DNA of 64,000 bases from a virus: the UHGV virus genome UHGV-1351068. One strand, written 5' to 3'. How positions within the stretch are numbered: position 1 is the first letter of the stretch; each line of letters begins with the position of its first letter. Position numbers and translations under genes: made by a program. The notes below the pieces were generated by a model. It did not search any database. It was given only the letters and a program-made list of their open reading frames with translations, and was not told the origin of the DNA. Positions 54,084 through 61,521 of the stretch are shown one piece after another.

Positions 54084-54362
54084 TCAAAATTTAGTTATGA
54101 ATTTTTCTTTCGGCATTTTGGCATTTGAGCCATCACCGTCAGAATACCCAATTGGCATAGTTGCATTAATGAATTCAATCTTAGCATTTATAACATTAAT
54201 GCTCAGAGAATCTACGCCATCAACCATACGAAATTCAGGAGGGCAATACTTATCAATGTATGCTTTCACGCCATTTTTATTAGCAGGTGTACCATCGCGG
54301 GTATCGCTGATAATGGTTTCAACTTTTTTCTTTCGTGAATCATAGAAAGCTGATACAATCAT
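54084..54362 (-). CDS. hypothetical protein
   Basis: 92 aa ORF. Confidence 0.45.
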   Translation of the reverse strand: MIVSAFYDSRKKKVETIISDTRDGTPANKNGVKAYIDKYCPPEFRMVDGVDSLSINVINAKIEFINATMPIGYSDGDGSNAKMPKEKFITKF

Positions 54363-54374
54363 TTCAATTTCCTC

Positions 54375-54863
54375 TTAAAACGGGCGAATATTAACGTGAA
54401 CCACAGGGACAGCAAAAGGTTGCATGATTACAACTTTTGTGTCTTTAGTTGCATTCAGGCGTTGTACTTTTGCAAGATTAACAGCTTCTTCCTTTGTCAA
54501 TCCACCTTTGTAGGTATCATTTCCTTTATTTGAGGTCCAAACACCCCAATCATTGCTTCCATCGTCGGTCTTCGGTTCAAGTTCTTTGTAGATGGTTTCT
54601 TCAAAATAATGCTGAAATTCTTGATTAGTAATAATACACCACATGTGAGAAAAGCGAACTTCATCTACACTAACGCGTTTGCATTCTCCATCTGGCTTAA
54701 TGATTTCAAATTCAACTAATCCGGTATTTTCCGCATATTTAAAGGTTCTGGTAATTTTAATCGGATTATTACCGATTTGCTCAAAAACACCCTTGATAAG
54801 AGCTCCTGGAGACAAGCTTGGAGTCTTTTTAAGCTTATAGAATTTACCTTTTTCCATTATCAT
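54375..54863 (-). CDS. hypothetical protein
   Basis: 162 aa ORF. SD GAGGAAATGATA lies just downstream of the UUCG hairpin. Confidence 0.5.
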   Translation of the reverse strand: MIMEKGKFYKLKKTPSLSPGALIKGVFEQIGNNPIKITRTFKYAENTGLVEFEIIKPDGECKRVSVDEVRFSHMWCIITNQEFQHYFEETIYKELEPKTDDGSNDWGVWTSNKGNDTYKGGLTKEEAVNLAKVQRLNATKDTKVVIMQPFAVPVVHVNIRPF

Positions 54864-54866
54864 TTC

Positions 54867-54880
54867 CTCAATAGTGGGGC
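54867..54880 (-). promoter_or_regulatory. intercistronic UUCG hairpin (stop, hairpin, SD, start)
   Basis: GGGGC-TTCG-GCCCC between the stop at 54897 and the ATG at 54863. Confidence 0.45.
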
Positions 54881-54896
54881 CGAAGCCCCGAGTTAG

Positions 54897-55256
54897 TTAA
54901 AACTTGATTTCGTTTGAAACGATATCCCAGATTGCTTCACGTTGTTCTTCGGTTGTTTTACGACCGAGGATGTGGCGCAGATAAATTTTAACAAGCAGCT
55001 GACGATTTGTGTTCCAAGACGGATGTGAAGATAAATCACGTTTACGAACTTCATCATGGAATCCAACTTTGATTTCAGAACCGTTGAACTGAATATCCAG
55101 AGTAGGACCATTTTCAAAGCTGAAGAATACGTAGTTATCTTCCCAGTACATATCGATTTGAGCTACTGTGCCGTTGTTGTGTTCCCACAGCAAAGTAGTA
55201 GAAACGTCCCAAGCATTGTTCTGTACATATTTGCGGTTGAAGTTAGTGAAGTTCAT
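54897..55256 (-). CDS. hypothetical early protein (start trimmed to MNFTNFNRKY)
   Basis: 120 aa from the Met, which has SD GGAGAA. Lies immediately downstream of early promoter copy 3. Confidence 0.5.
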   Translation of the reverse strand: MNFTNFNRKYVQNNAWDVSTTLLWEHNNGTVAQIDMYWEDNYVFFSFENGPTLDIQFNGSEIKVGFHDEVRKRDLSSHPSWNTNRQLLVKIYLRHILGRKTTEEQREAIWDIVSNEIKF

Positions 55257-55272
55257 TTTTATTCTCCGTAGT

Positions 55273-55335
55273 TTGTTTATCTGTTTGGGTGGTACAGGTC
55301 TATAGTAACCCAGACCACCCAAGAAGTAAACAACT
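55273..55335 (-). promoter_or_regulatory. early promoter / stem-loop cassette (PeSL-like copy 3)
   Basis: Minus strand: aaaaGTTGTTTACT-N17-TACTATAGAC. The long imperfect inverted repeat TTGTTTActtcTTGGGTGGT ... ACCACCCAAacagaTAAACAA encloses the -10 element. Confidence 0.6.
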
Positions 55336-55349
55336 TTTATTCAAAAACT

Positions 55350-55859
55350 TCAGACATTTTTCACCTCTACAGTTTTTACAGTTTTTACTTCTGCAAATCC
55401 GATGCTTTTAAACAGTTCATACTTGGTAGTTTCTGGAACGATATCGGTTAGCTCAAGGATGATTTCTTTTGCTTCTTCCAGAGTAAAGATGCTTCTTCCG
55501 TCCTTAACGACCGGTGCTGGTTTAATAGCAGCTGATACTTCAAAAACCACGTAGCGGTCAGTAGTACTTTGATTTTCAAACGCTCCTATTTGCACAACCC
55601 GTCCTTCTTCTAACTCGTGAGAAGAAAATAAGCATGACAGAGACCGGTCATATTCATCTCCTATGGTTTTTGCCGAAATGATTTTACCAGTTTCGGTTTT
55701 AATCTTAACAACCCGGCCCAGCGAATCAAGTTCTAATGGCGTCCAGCCTTGAACTCCAACAACGGTGGCAATGAGATAGTTAATTGTGTTCTTAGCGTCT
55801 TTCCATCTACGGTAAGTTTCTGGGGAAATGCAATATACTCGGTTTTTGCTGTAATTCAT
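55350..55859 (-). CDS. hypothetical protein
   Basis: 169 aa ORF. Confidence 0.5.
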   Translation of the reverse strand: MNYSKNRVYCISPETYRRWKDAKNTINYLIATVVGVQGWTPLELDSLGRVVKIKTETGKIISAKTIGDEYDRSLSCLFSSHELEEGRVVQIGAFENQSTTDRYVVFEVSAAIKPAPVVKDGRSIFTLEEAKEIILELTDIVPETTKYELFKSIGFAEVKTVKTVEVKNV

Positions 55860-55877
55860 TTTGATATCCTCAAAGAT

Positions 55878-55891
55878 GGGGCCGAAGCCCC
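55878..55891 (-). promoter_or_regulatory. intercistronic UUCG hairpin
   Basis: GGGGC-TTCG-GCCCC between the stop at 55900 and SD GAGGA / ATG at 55859. Confidence 0.45.
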
Positions 55892-55899
55892 AGTCAAGA

Positions 55900-56268
55900 T
55901 TACTGTTTAGTCCAATTATCCATGTTTAATTTACCAACCTTTTTCATTTGTTCAATTAAAGCATCGGCACGATTACGACCATTTTCATACCAGGTTACAT
56001 CTTCTGAGTAACCGTCTTCTTCATCTGTGTAGGTTTCAGAACGAATACGACCAACAACTGGAGTGTTCAGAACATATACAGAACCTGTGAACCAGTTTGT
56101 TAAAGTGATATGCCAGCAGAAATCATCTGATGGACCGTCCGGTGTCATGCATGGAACGATATCACCTTGAACTTTAGACAAAATCCACATTTTCTCATGG
56201 ACAGTTTGAGCTTTGTAACCGTCATGGTCTTTAGTCTTGATAGTTGCGTTCAGGTTGATGGTATTCAT
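55900..56268 (-). CDS. hypothetical early protein
   Basis: 122 aa. SD GGAGAA. Lies immediately downstream of early promoter copy 4. Its 5' leader is near-identical to that of the gene at 55256. Confidence 0.5.
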   Translation of the reverse strand: MNTINLNATIKTKDHDGYKAQTVHEKMWILSKVQGDIVPCMTPDGPSDDFCWHITLTNWFTGSVYVLNTPVVGRIRSETYTDEEDGYSEDVTWYENGRNRADALIEQMKKVGKLNMDNWTKQ

Positions 56269-56279
56269 TTTATTCTCCG

Positions 56280-56340
56280 TTGTCCGTTTGGGTGGTACAG
56301 GTCTATAGTAACCTTGTTGAACTTAGAAGTAAACAACTTT
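56280..56340 (-). promoter_or_regulatory. early promoter cassette (PeSL-like copy 4, upstream stem arm degenerate)
   Basis: Minus strand: aaaaaaGTTGTTTACT-N17-TACTATAGACCTGTACCACCCAAAC. About 70 nt is near-identical to copy 3. Confidence 0.6.
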
Positions 56341-56354
56341 TTTCATTCTGCGGA

Positions 56355-56384
56355 AAATAAAAAAGGGACTCCCGAAGGAGTCCC
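56355..56384 (-). terminator. rho-independent terminator
   Basis: Minus strand: GGGACTCC-TTCG-GGAGTCCC followed by TTTTTTATTTT. Confidence 0.7.
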
Positions 56385-56389
56385 TGAAC

Positions 56390-56566
56390 TTATGCTTTCG
56401 GCTTACCAAAACGAGAAGCATCATCGCGAAGAACCGCACGAGCCCGACGCATGATTTTCTCAACCGTCTGATTGATACGCTTGTTCGACCCACGCTTGTA
56501 GCCAGCGCGTTTAGAGGTACCAACAACTTCTTTTACTGCAGTTTTTGCTTTAGCTTGTTTAGCCAT
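56390..56566 (-). CDS. small highly basic protein (58 aa from MAKQAKAK)
   Basis: Sequence MAKQAKAKTAVKEVVGTSKRAGYKRGSNKRINQTVEKIMRRARAVLRDDASRFGKPKA. Lys/Arg-rich. Start uncertain: the track's 68-aa version begins 30 nt upstream. Confidence 0.4.
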   Translation of the reverse strand: MAKQAKAKTAVKEVVGTSKRAGYKRGSNKRINQTVEKIMRRARAVLRDDASRFGKPKA

Positions 56567-56596
56567 TTTATCATCTTCCATTTTGGAGAAATACAT

Positions 56597-56935
56597 GGGA
56601 GCACGTTCTTCCGAGGTTCAACTTCTTTCGACAGTTCTTTCGGTTGTAGCTCCCGCAAGCCCTCAAGGGGGTACGTTTAAACTCTTATCTGTTGCACACC
56701 GTTAGCTTAAAGGTTCCGGGTCCGATTTATCGGGGATAAGATATACACCGATGGATGTATAGGCCTTGAGGCGTACTCCCGATTGGCCATCGCCTCGGGG
56801 TAGCATGCACTTGCCGTTTATTTTCTAGCTGCACTTTGGTAGCAAATCACCGTTGGTTTCGGGTGTTTTACGTGGGGATAACCAACAACGTCCACATCAT
56901 ACGTTACCCATGCGTACACATGGTGGGCGTACAAA
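56597..56935 (-). ncRNA. ORF-free GC-rich hairpin-dense island; candidate structured non-coding RNA or long structured leader
   Basis: 340 bp with no ORF above 36 aa in any frame. About 48-50% GC against about 40% for the flanks. Multiple stems, for example GAGGCG...CGCCTC, GTTGGTT...AACCAAC, GGGAGC...GCTCCC and CCGA...TCGG. Confidence 0.3.
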
Positions 56936-57184
56936 TTACTTCAGCGTTACCACAAAGTGGCGAACAGCTTTGCGAGCAGCAGAACCAAGATGCTTAGCAT
57001 ACTTCAGTTCGTCCATCGCTTCTAAAGTATCACGAAATTCAGCTTGTGCTGGGTTCAGGTGTTTAAACCCTTTCAGAACTTCCAGTGTTTCTGCATAGAT
57101 ATCGATTGAAGCACCGTAGTTTTCGTGACCGGAATTCCATGCATTACGTTGGAGTTCCAGAGCTTTAGTAAGTTGTTTGTTCAT
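56936..57184 (-). CDS. rIII: rIII lysis-inhibition accessory protein (start trimmed to MNKQLTKALELQRNAW)
   Basis: 82 aa from the Met with SD GAGGAA, the same length as T4 rIII. Position immediately downstream of gene 31, as in T4. Confidence 0.65.
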   Translation of the reverse strand: MNKQLTKALELQRNAWNSGHENYGASIDIYAETLEVLKGFKHLNPAQAEFRDTLEAMDELKYAKHLGSAARKAVRHFVVTLK

Positions 57185-57299
57185 TGAATCGTTCCTCAAA
57201 TGAGGTTAAAATTTGGTGGACGGTAACCGAGGTTTAGCTCGGGCATCCACCGCGTAGAATTGCTCGGGTAACTAATTGTCCGACGCCCAATTCATATTA

Positions 57300-57623
57300 T
57301 TATTTATATACGCATGCAAGGGACTTATAATGACAAGTCACAAACTTCTGCCGAATTTCTTTGGGTTTCTTCACACCTGCTGCTACTAACGGATGAGGTA
57401 CGTTTCTGATATTACCAACAGGCAGTGGAGTCAAATCACCGACTTCAACAAATCCTTTCGGTACATCATCACCGATAGAATAGATTTCACACATATCCGG
57501 CAGTTGTCCTTGTTCTTCTTTTCCAAGAATAATACCGGAAGGAGAAACAATTTCATCACCTTGCTGTGCAGGTTCAGATACGAGAATTACATACTCGCCT
57601 AGAGCTTTAATTGGAAGTTCCAT
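57300..57623 (-). CDS. 31: co-chaperonin gp31 (GroES-like)
   Basis: 107 aa. Long near-identical runs to T4 gp31: [45 protein letters not shown]. Confidence 0.92.
   Translation of the reverse strand: MELPIKALGEYVILVSEPAQQGDEIVSPSGIILGKEEQGQLPDMCEIYSIGDDVPKGFVEVGDLTPLPVGNIRNVPHPLVAAGVKKPKEIRQKFVTCHYKSLACVYK
57301..57308 (-). promoter_or_regulatory. late promoter for rIII
   Basis: Minus-strand TATAAATA overlapping the gene 31 stop. Followed by a GC-rich structured leader. Confidence 0.5.
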
Positions 57624-57653
57624 GTGTTACCTTTATTGTTTGACCATGTAGTT

Positions 57654-57680
57654 ATATTAACATGGTCAGTTTAAAGCAAA
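57654..57680 (-). promoter_or_regulatory. MotA-dependent middle promoter for gene 31
   Basis: Minus strand: TTTGCTTTA (MotA box), 12 nt, then TAATAT. SD AAAGG follows, then the ATG at 57623. Confidence 0.5.
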
Positions 57681-57989
57681 TTACTTACCGATCATCTGCT
57701 GCAGATGCTCAACTTTCATACCATTTACCGAGATCAGTTTATCAAAGGTAAATGAGCGCCAACCTTCTTTCTCAGTATCATATACAGGAAGTGAAGTAGT
57801 GCTTTCTGCTCGAGCAGATTTAGTAGTGCTTTCTACCAAATCAGATGGAATAATGTCTTTATCACGAGTACAGCGCAGAGTACGAATAGTGCCATCAGCT
57901 TTTTCAAACACAATCTGGGATTCGCCCATGCTCAGCACAGCCTTCAGAGTTTCACGAATATGGATGTTTTGTTCAGTAGTCAGTTTCAT
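57681..57989 (-). CDS. hypothetical protein (positional equivalent of T4 31.1)
   Basis: 102 aa ORF. Confidence 0.5.
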   Translation of the reverse strand: MKLTTEQNIHIRETLKAVLSMGESQIVFEKADGTIRTLRCTRDKDIIPSDLVESTTKSARAESTTSLPVYDTEKEGWRSFTFDKLISVNGMKVEHLQQMIGK

Positions 57990-58186
57990 TTTGATGTCTC
58001 TTTAATAGTTTTGATAATTACAGATTTGCGCTTGGATAATTCTTTTAATAATCGAACTGCTTGATCTTCAAATTTAAATGTTGCTAATGGTTTCCATTTA
58101 AACCAATACCGGCGTTCTACTGAGTATGATATAACAACATCACCACTTAGGTTAAGTTTATTAATTTCAACAATTCTAAGTTTCAT
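57986..58186 (-). CDS. hypothetical protein (positional equivalent of T4 31.2)
   Basis: 66 aa. ATGA coupling. Confidence 0.45.
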   Translation of the reverse strand: MKLRIVEINKLNLSGDVVISYSVERRYWFKWKPLATFKFEDQAVRLLKELSKRKSVIIKTIKETSK

Positions 58187-58755
58187 TATTCAATTCCACA
58201 GAATTCTTTAATGTTATACCAATTCAACTTATCCAAATTACGTTTTGGAACATTGAACACCTCGATTCCAGCAGAACGAAGAATATCGTCCCAACCGGGT
58301 TCGTTCTTGTCGTATGTTTCGCAGTATACTAATTTTTTAATACCAGACTGAGCGATGGCTTTTGCACAATCTGGACATGGAGACAGTGTGACATACATTG
58401 TTGCTCCATCAATACTACTGCCGTTCCGGGCAGCAAAAAGAATAGCATTAAGCTCAGCATGGATTTCATTGACTTTAGACCATGCAGAGTGGGCTGCTCG
58501 ATGTTCTTTGAGCAATCCGACTTTTTTGACTTGGAATCCGTCTTGACGCAATCCCGTAGATTTGTAAGGAATTTCACCAATCCAACCTTGTTCTGCTGCA
58601 TGGTCACAACAGTTCACACCACCAGAAGGTGAACCGTTATAGCCAGTAGAAATAATTCGTCCGTTCTTTTCAATTACTGCGCCGACTTTCCACGAGCAGC
58701 ATTTTGACTCTTGAGATACGAGATACGCAATTTGTAGTACCGTCGACGCTTTCAT
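58186..58755 (-). CDS. cd: dCMP deaminase
   Basis: 189 aa (T4 Cd is 193 aa). Zinc motifs HAELNAI and PCPDCA. Confidence 0.92.
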   Translation of the reverse strand: MKASTVLQIAYLVSQESKCCSWKVGAVIEKNGRIISTGYNGSPSGGVNCCDHAAEQGWIGEIPYKSTGLRQDGFQVKKVGLLKEHRAAHSAWSKVNEIHAELNAILFAARNGSSIDGATMYVTLSPCPDCAKAIAQSGIKKLVYCETYDKNEPGWDDILRSAGIEVFNVPKRNLDKLNWYNIKEFCGIE

Positions 58756-59100
58756 TTAAATCACCAGATAAGTTGTGTTATTTGTTTTAACCAATTTTAA
58801 CTCGTCAGTAGGAGAAGCAAAACTCTCTACTCGAGAAGTACGAACACCAGTACCATCAGGAAATGGATGATTTCCTCGTTCAAGAACATCGGAAAAGACA
58901 TAACCATAAAGAGGTTGGCCTTCCTTAACATCAACGTTACTGTACAAAATAGCATCATATTCTTCGCGTGGAATTGACCAAACACCTTGGTCAGAACCAA
59001 TAACAGCACTGATCAGCCGAATACCATTTGGGCTGATTTCTGCTTTAATGCCACGAGCATGTTCAATTAAAAGAGCTTCTACCGCTTCACGTAAAGTCAT
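58756..59100 (-). CDS. hypothetical protein
   Basis: 114 aa. TAAATG and TAATG coupling to its neighbours. Confidence 0.5.
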   Translation of the reverse strand: MTLREAVEALLIEHARGIKAEISPNGIRLISAVIGSDQGVWSIPREEYDAILYSNVDVKEGQPLYGYVFSDVLERGNHPFPDGTGVRTSRVESFASPTDELKLVKTNNTTYLVI

Positions 59101-59336
59101 TAGATATGTCCTAAAATGTTAGTCATTTCAACTTGGCCTGTTCCGGTTAAAGCCAATTGAGTGTGTTGATTGCTCTTTCCATTATTAACTGTAATGATAT
59201 AAGCATCAGCATAGTTAAAGGATGACTCTTCGACGAGAGTCACTTTACTTCCAGGAACCCGGTTTGCTACTTCCTGTGCGAAGATTTTAACCTTCGAAAT
59301 AAATTCATCATGCGAAAATTTAGCGTCAGACAACAT
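59100..59336 (-). CDS. hypothetical protein (start trimmed to MLSDAKFSHDEF)
   Basis: 78 aa. The longer track ORF would overlap the upstream gene by 160 nt. Confidence 0.4.
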   Translation of the reverse strand: MLSDAKFSHDEFISKVKIFAQEVANRVPGSKVTLVEESSFNYADAYIITVNNGKSNQHTQLALTGTGQVEMTNILGHI

Positions 59337-59610
59337 AAGTCTCAACCTGTTGGGTTTCAAAATTAGCAATAATTCCAACGATAAACCAGTCGTGTTCACC
59401 TTCGCCACAAGAAATTTTAATTTCAGACGAACCGCCTGACCGGTCAATAGAAAATTTAATAACTTCGCCGTTTGGAATAAGTGCATTCATGGCAGATAAA
59501 AACTCTGCATGCATTTTGGCTACTTCAGATGGAGTAAACTCATCTGTTAAATGATTAGCAACAACTTGCGTAAATGATACTTTTACTACTTCGGAATACT
59601 TTGGAAACAT
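59326..59610 (-). CDS. hypothetical protein
   Basis: 94 aa. SD GAGGAAAG upstream. Confidence 0.45.
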   Translation of the reverse strand: MFPKYSEVVKVSFTQVVANHLTDEFTPSEVAKMHAEFLSAMNALIPNGEVIKFSIDRSGGSSEIKISCGEGEHDWFIVGIIANFETQQVETYVV

Positions 59611-59621
59611 TATACTTTCCT

Positions 59622-60515
59622 CTAAAAATCACCGTGGGCTACTTGCCAGCATTCAACACCGATACGACGCCACATTTCAACTACCTGCGCCCTGTCATCT
59701 ACTGCAAGTTTTACATTATAACGATCAGCAATTCGATCCCAGAAGATTTCTTCTTTTACCACATCGTCTTTGCGTGAATCGCCTTGCTTACGTTGGAAGT
59801 GTTCGCCTGTTTCGCCAACATGGTCCAACAACCATTTCTTCGTAATGCGTTGATAAACCGTAGGGTCTTCTTTAGTACCAGACTCTCTACCAGAAACGGT
59901 AAGAATTTTATATCCTTTGTTACGAAGCATTTTAAGAAATTCAATTACCATTTCCTTTGGATGGTCTTTACCACATTTGGCCAAGTCATAAGGAGAACGA
60001 TGATTGTTATCTGCTAACGTGCCGTCAAGGTCAAAGATAACTGCTTTTGGCAATGATTCATCTGGAATGTACAAATCATATGGATGCATCTTGGAGTAGA
60101 AGCTACGAAGCACTTCAATAGGAACTGCATTCGCGCCACGATAGAGGTTACGCTTAATCAATTCAGTCCAAGGAACGTCAAAGCGTTTAATTTCCCACAT
60201 TACATCGTCGAATTCACATGACAACTCTTGCCACTTCTTGATAGTCGTTGGATTAAGGTTAGTATCGGCAATGATTACACCTTTAGTTGTTTCCATCTCG
60301 AGTAAAGTCTTTGCCATAGAAAACTGGCATACAGATACAGACTTCTCACGAAGCTTAGAATATTTGTAATCATTACGTTTGTCAAGACCAAAGATGCCTT
60401 CACGCAAATCATCGCGAGACAAAACATACCAGCCTGGATTAGCTGCTACATATTCATTGGCCCAGGTTGTTTTGCCAGAGCCTGGAGCTCCTTGTGTCAA
60501 AACCAATTTTTTCAT
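59622..60515 (-). CDS. pseT: polynucleotide 5'-kinase / 3'-phosphatase
   Basis: 297 aa (T4 Pnk is 301 aa). P-loop GAPGSGKTTWA. Phosphatase motif DLDGTLA. C-terminus IGVECWQVAHGDF is like T4. Confidence 0.93.
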   Translation of the reverse strand: MKKLVLTQGAPGSGKTTWANEYVAANPGWYVLSRDDLREGIFGLDKRNDYKYSKLREKSVSVCQFSMAKTLLEMETTKGVIIADTNLNPTTIKKWQELSCEFDDVMWEIKRFDVPWTELIKRNLYRGANAVPIEVLRSFYSKMHPYDLYIPDESLPKAVIFDLDGTLADNNHRSPYDLAKCGKDHPKEMVIEFLKMLRNKGYKILTVSGRESGTKEDPTVYQRITKKWLLDHVGETGEHFQRKQGDSRKDDVVKEEIFWDRIADRYNVKLAVDDRAQVVEMWRRIGVECWQVAHGDF

Positions 60516-60727
60516 TATACATCCTTAAGAGTGTCAATAAAATCATGAAGAGCCTTAGACTTTTCACCCCAATTTGCACGATATTTTTCTTTAATTGCTC
60601 GCAATGGCTTATTCATTGACAGTATATCATTTTTGTCATAATTTTCAGCTGCGCGTCCAAACACGATGCACGCCAATTCATTTTCAGCAATTAATCCTTT
60701 AAGTGTTTCATACTGTTCTTGATTCAC
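60515..60727 (-). CDS. hypothetical protein (apparent GTG start)
   Basis: 70 aa. The TAGTG junction with the upstream ORF suggests a GTG start. No in-frame ATG nearby. Confidence 0.35.
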   Translation of the reverse strand: MNQEQYETLKGLIAENELACIVFGRAAENYDKNDILSMNKPLRAIKEKYRANWGEKSKALHDFIDTLKDV

Positions 60728-61212
60728 TACATCACCATTTTAGAAAGATTGCGATGCGCCAATGAGCGACGCTTTCCATGTTTCTTCAAAAAATTGTTAA
60801 CTTCATCTTGCTCTACACCGCCACTTTCTACAAATTGGAGTGCCTTACCGAATTCAATTGAGGCATCTTCCAATTCAGAAATTGCTTCCTTCAATGCCTC
60901 TTTACGCTGAACAAACTTCAAGAAATCAGGATACATGAATTCTACCATGAATAGTTTAAACCACACATCAAACGAAATTCGTGTTTGGTCATTAAGCTCA
61001 AACACTCTTTCTTTTAAAGCGCCAGGTACACTAACACGGACTGTATAAACATATCCATTAGAAATATTTTCTGGTATAACAGTAGCTTTCTTATCAAGAG
61101 GAGTTAACTGGCACGATCCAACAGCTAGCATATTTCTGAGCTGTGTATTTTTAATCGATAAAAGATGCGATGCGTCTTTTACAAAGTAAGAATAAAAATG
61201 TGACGGTTCCAT
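60727..61212 (-). CDS. hypothetical protein
   Basis: 161 aa ORF. Confidence 0.5.
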   Translation of the reverse strand: MEPSHFYSYFVKDASHLLSIKNTQLRNMLAVGSCQLTPLDKKATVIPENISNGYVYTVRVSVPGALKERVFELNDQTRISFDVWFKLFMVEFMYPDFLKFVQRKEALKEAISELEDASIEFGKALQFVESGGVEQDEVNNFLKKHGKRRSLAHRNLSKMVM

Positions 61213-61233
61213 AATATTTTTCTCTTATTTAAT

Positions 61234-61521
61234 TTACTTAACGCAACGAGGTTCCTTAAGGTCAGAACGATAATAACATATCATTCCATTAGCATCTTTA
61301 GTATAACGTAAAATGTCATTCATCCAGATGCGATACTCTTGCGACTCTTCAAATGGCATACCTACCCAGGCTTTGCCATCAATTACTTTTACTTCCCAAT
61401 GTCCTTCCCATTTTTGTATTGGGTCTGGCCATTCAGGATGTAAAACCGGGACATCCGGTGCACTAGAAGAGCATCCAACAAGTAAGCTGATAATACCCAT
61501 GGCTAATAGACTTCGTTTCAT
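61234..61521 (-). CDS. outer-membrane lipoprotein, candidate o-spanin (T4 pseT.2 equivalent)
   Basis: 95 aa. Signal peptide with lipobox LLVGC. 4-nt overlap with the upstream i-spanin candidate. Confidence 0.6.
   Translation of the reverse strand: MKRSLLAMGIISLLVGCSSSAPDVPVLHPEWPDPIQKWEGHWEVKVIDGKAWVGMPFEESQEYRIWMNDILRYTKDANGMICYYRSDLKEPRCVK

Noticed and set aside
56597-56935. A possible tRNA or tRNA cluster in the ORF-free island (T4-type phages carry tRNA clusters)
   Set aside because: No T-arm consensus (GGTTCGAATCC-like) and no cloverleaf with a 7-bp acceptor stem could be found on either strand. GGTTCAACT at about 56615 lacks a matching T-stem.
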